Source: Macrostomum hystrix
Lineage: Eukaryota > Animalia > Platyhelminthes
Assembly: GCA_950097015.1 (NCBI GenBank)
Contig: CATNEN010000007.1
Span: 6,200,001-6,264,000 of the forward strand
DNA: 64,000 nucleotides
Direction: 5' to 3'
How positions within the stretch are numbered: position 1 is the first letter of the stretch; every line of letters begins with the position of its first letter. A program made the translations under genes and the position numbers. Below, one piece after another: positions 62,920 through 64,000 of this stretch. A model generated the notes under the pieces. The model did no database searches. It saw only the letters and a program-made list of their open reading frames with translations, and was not told the origin of the DNA.

Positions 62920-63903
62920 TCAATTGACCGGAGCTGGCGACACCGAGGCGCTCCGACGGTTCAGACTGGCAGCTGACCGCTGGTGGATGGCGCCGCTTGC
63001 CTCCGTCATGGCGACGCTGGTCGATGTCATTCTACTCAGACTGCTTATCTGTTCGTCATCGGCCTTGCTGGCGGCAGCTTCGGCTTCGGCAGCTTCGGCG
63101 GCGGCCTCCAATGGCAGGCCGATGACAACCTCGTAGACCCAGGCTCCGATTAGGGCGCCCAGGTAGGGACCAATCAGAGGAATCCAGAAGTAGTAGTTGT
63201 GCTCGCGGAACACGTCAGGCCCGTAGCCAATCAGCATGGCGGCCACGCGGGGCGCGAAGTCTCTGGCCGGATTGAGGCAGGTGCCGGACACCACCAGCTC
63301 GGAGATGATGAGCCCGGTGACCAGCAAGCTGGTGAGCATCGGCTGCAGGGCGACCGGGGCTGCCAGGTTTCGCGGATCAGAGATGGCGCGCACGCCGACA
63401 AGCAGCAGGGCGGTGCCAACGAGCTGGTCGGCCATGCCGATGCCGTTGCTGACCAGCTGGTGCGGCGCTGTGTAGAAAATTGTCCCGGTGCCGTTGACGC
63501 CGGAGCCGACACGAACACCACCGTCGACACCGTCGAGCATCTGGTGGTAGAGCAGGTAGACGGTGAGGGCGCCGAGGAAGCAGCCGAGAAACTGCGCGGC
63601 CTGGTACAGCAGCAGGCAGGGTAGGCTGAGCTTGCCCAAGCTGAACATGGCCAGCGAGACGGCCGGGTTGAGGTGGGCGCCCGACAAGCGGATGCTGACC
63701 GTGATGCCCGCCATCACGCCGAAGCCATTACCGAAAGCTACAGCCGGGATGAAGTTGGCGATGCCCTGACTTTGAGTGACTGTCGCCAGGGCGGTGCCGA
63801 GCTCCACGATGGTCAGGAGAACGTAAGTTCCGAGCAGCTCACTAAGGAACAGCTGGGCGTACCGGTTACGTATGAGCAGAGAGCGGCGCGAGACGCTCAC
63901 CAT
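62920..63903 (-). CDS. Aquaglyceroporin (AQP3/7/9/GlpF group), intronless, 327 aa
   Basis: [10 protein letters not shown] and [11 protein letters not shown] (the D after the second NPAR is the glyceroporin signature), GIF-like TIFYT loop C, FWIPLIGP, six hydrophobic helices. Confidence 0.95.
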   Translation of the reverse strand: MVSVSRRSLLIRNRYAQLFLSELLGTYVLLTIVELGTALATVTQSQGIANFIPAVAFGNGFGVMAGITVSIRLSGAHLNPAVSLAMFSLGKLSLPCLLLYQAAQFLGCFLGALTVYLLYHQMLDGVDGGVRVGSGVNGTGTIFYTAPHQLVSNGIGMADQLVGTALLLVGVRAISDPRNLAAPVALQPMLTSLLVTGLIISELVVSGTCLNPARDFAPRVAAMLIGYGPDVFREHNYYFWIPLIGPYLGALIGAWVYEVVIGLPLEAAAEAAEAEAAASKADDEQISSLSRMTSTSVAMTEASGAIHQRSAASLNRRSASVSPAPVN

Positions 63904-63914
63904 GTCTGACTGAC

Positions 63915-64000
63915 TGGTTGGTTGGTTGGTTGGTTGGTTGGTTGGTTGGTTGGTTGGTTGGTTGGTTGGTTGGTTGGTTGGTTGGTTGGTTGGTTGGTTG
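63915..64000. repeat. (GGTT)n tetranucleotide microsatellite immediately 5' of the aquaporin ATG
   Basis: Perfect run extending to the window edge. Confidence 0.95.

Noticed and set aside
59304-63909. Plus-strand ORFs overlapping DNAI7 and the aquaporin
   Set aside because: Antisense shadows of high-GC3 genes with no recognisable motifs.

Overview
Eukaryotic (animal) genomic DNA, not prokaryotic: GT-AG spliced GC-rich exons in AT-rich noncoding DNA packed with about 20 unrelated 18-37 bp minisatellites. The style resembles the flatworm Macrostomum, but that is an inference. Genes read by hand: (1) the last exon of an aminergic, 5-HT7-like GPCR (118-380); (2) a complete 13-exon Caskin-like scaffold gene (19206-36191; ankyrin repeats, SH3, 2 SAM, Pro-rich region, C-terminal motif) with a probable intronic alternative first exon; (3) an omega-like GST with a CPFC motif and a 1-bp frameshift; (4) three intronless paralogues plus one deleted relic encoding a Cys-rich secreted protein, where copy 3 has a near-identical core but a divergent C-terminal third; (5) a CISD2-type CDGSH 2Fe-2S protein; (6) the cilia gene CASC1/DNAI7 with an upstream RFX X-box; (7) an intronless aquaglyceroporin with an apparently non-aromatic selectivity filter. 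Most long ORFs in the supplied track are translations of repeats or antisense shadows. No CRISPR array, rRNA or tRNA was recognised. All assignments come from reading the sequence; no searches were run.
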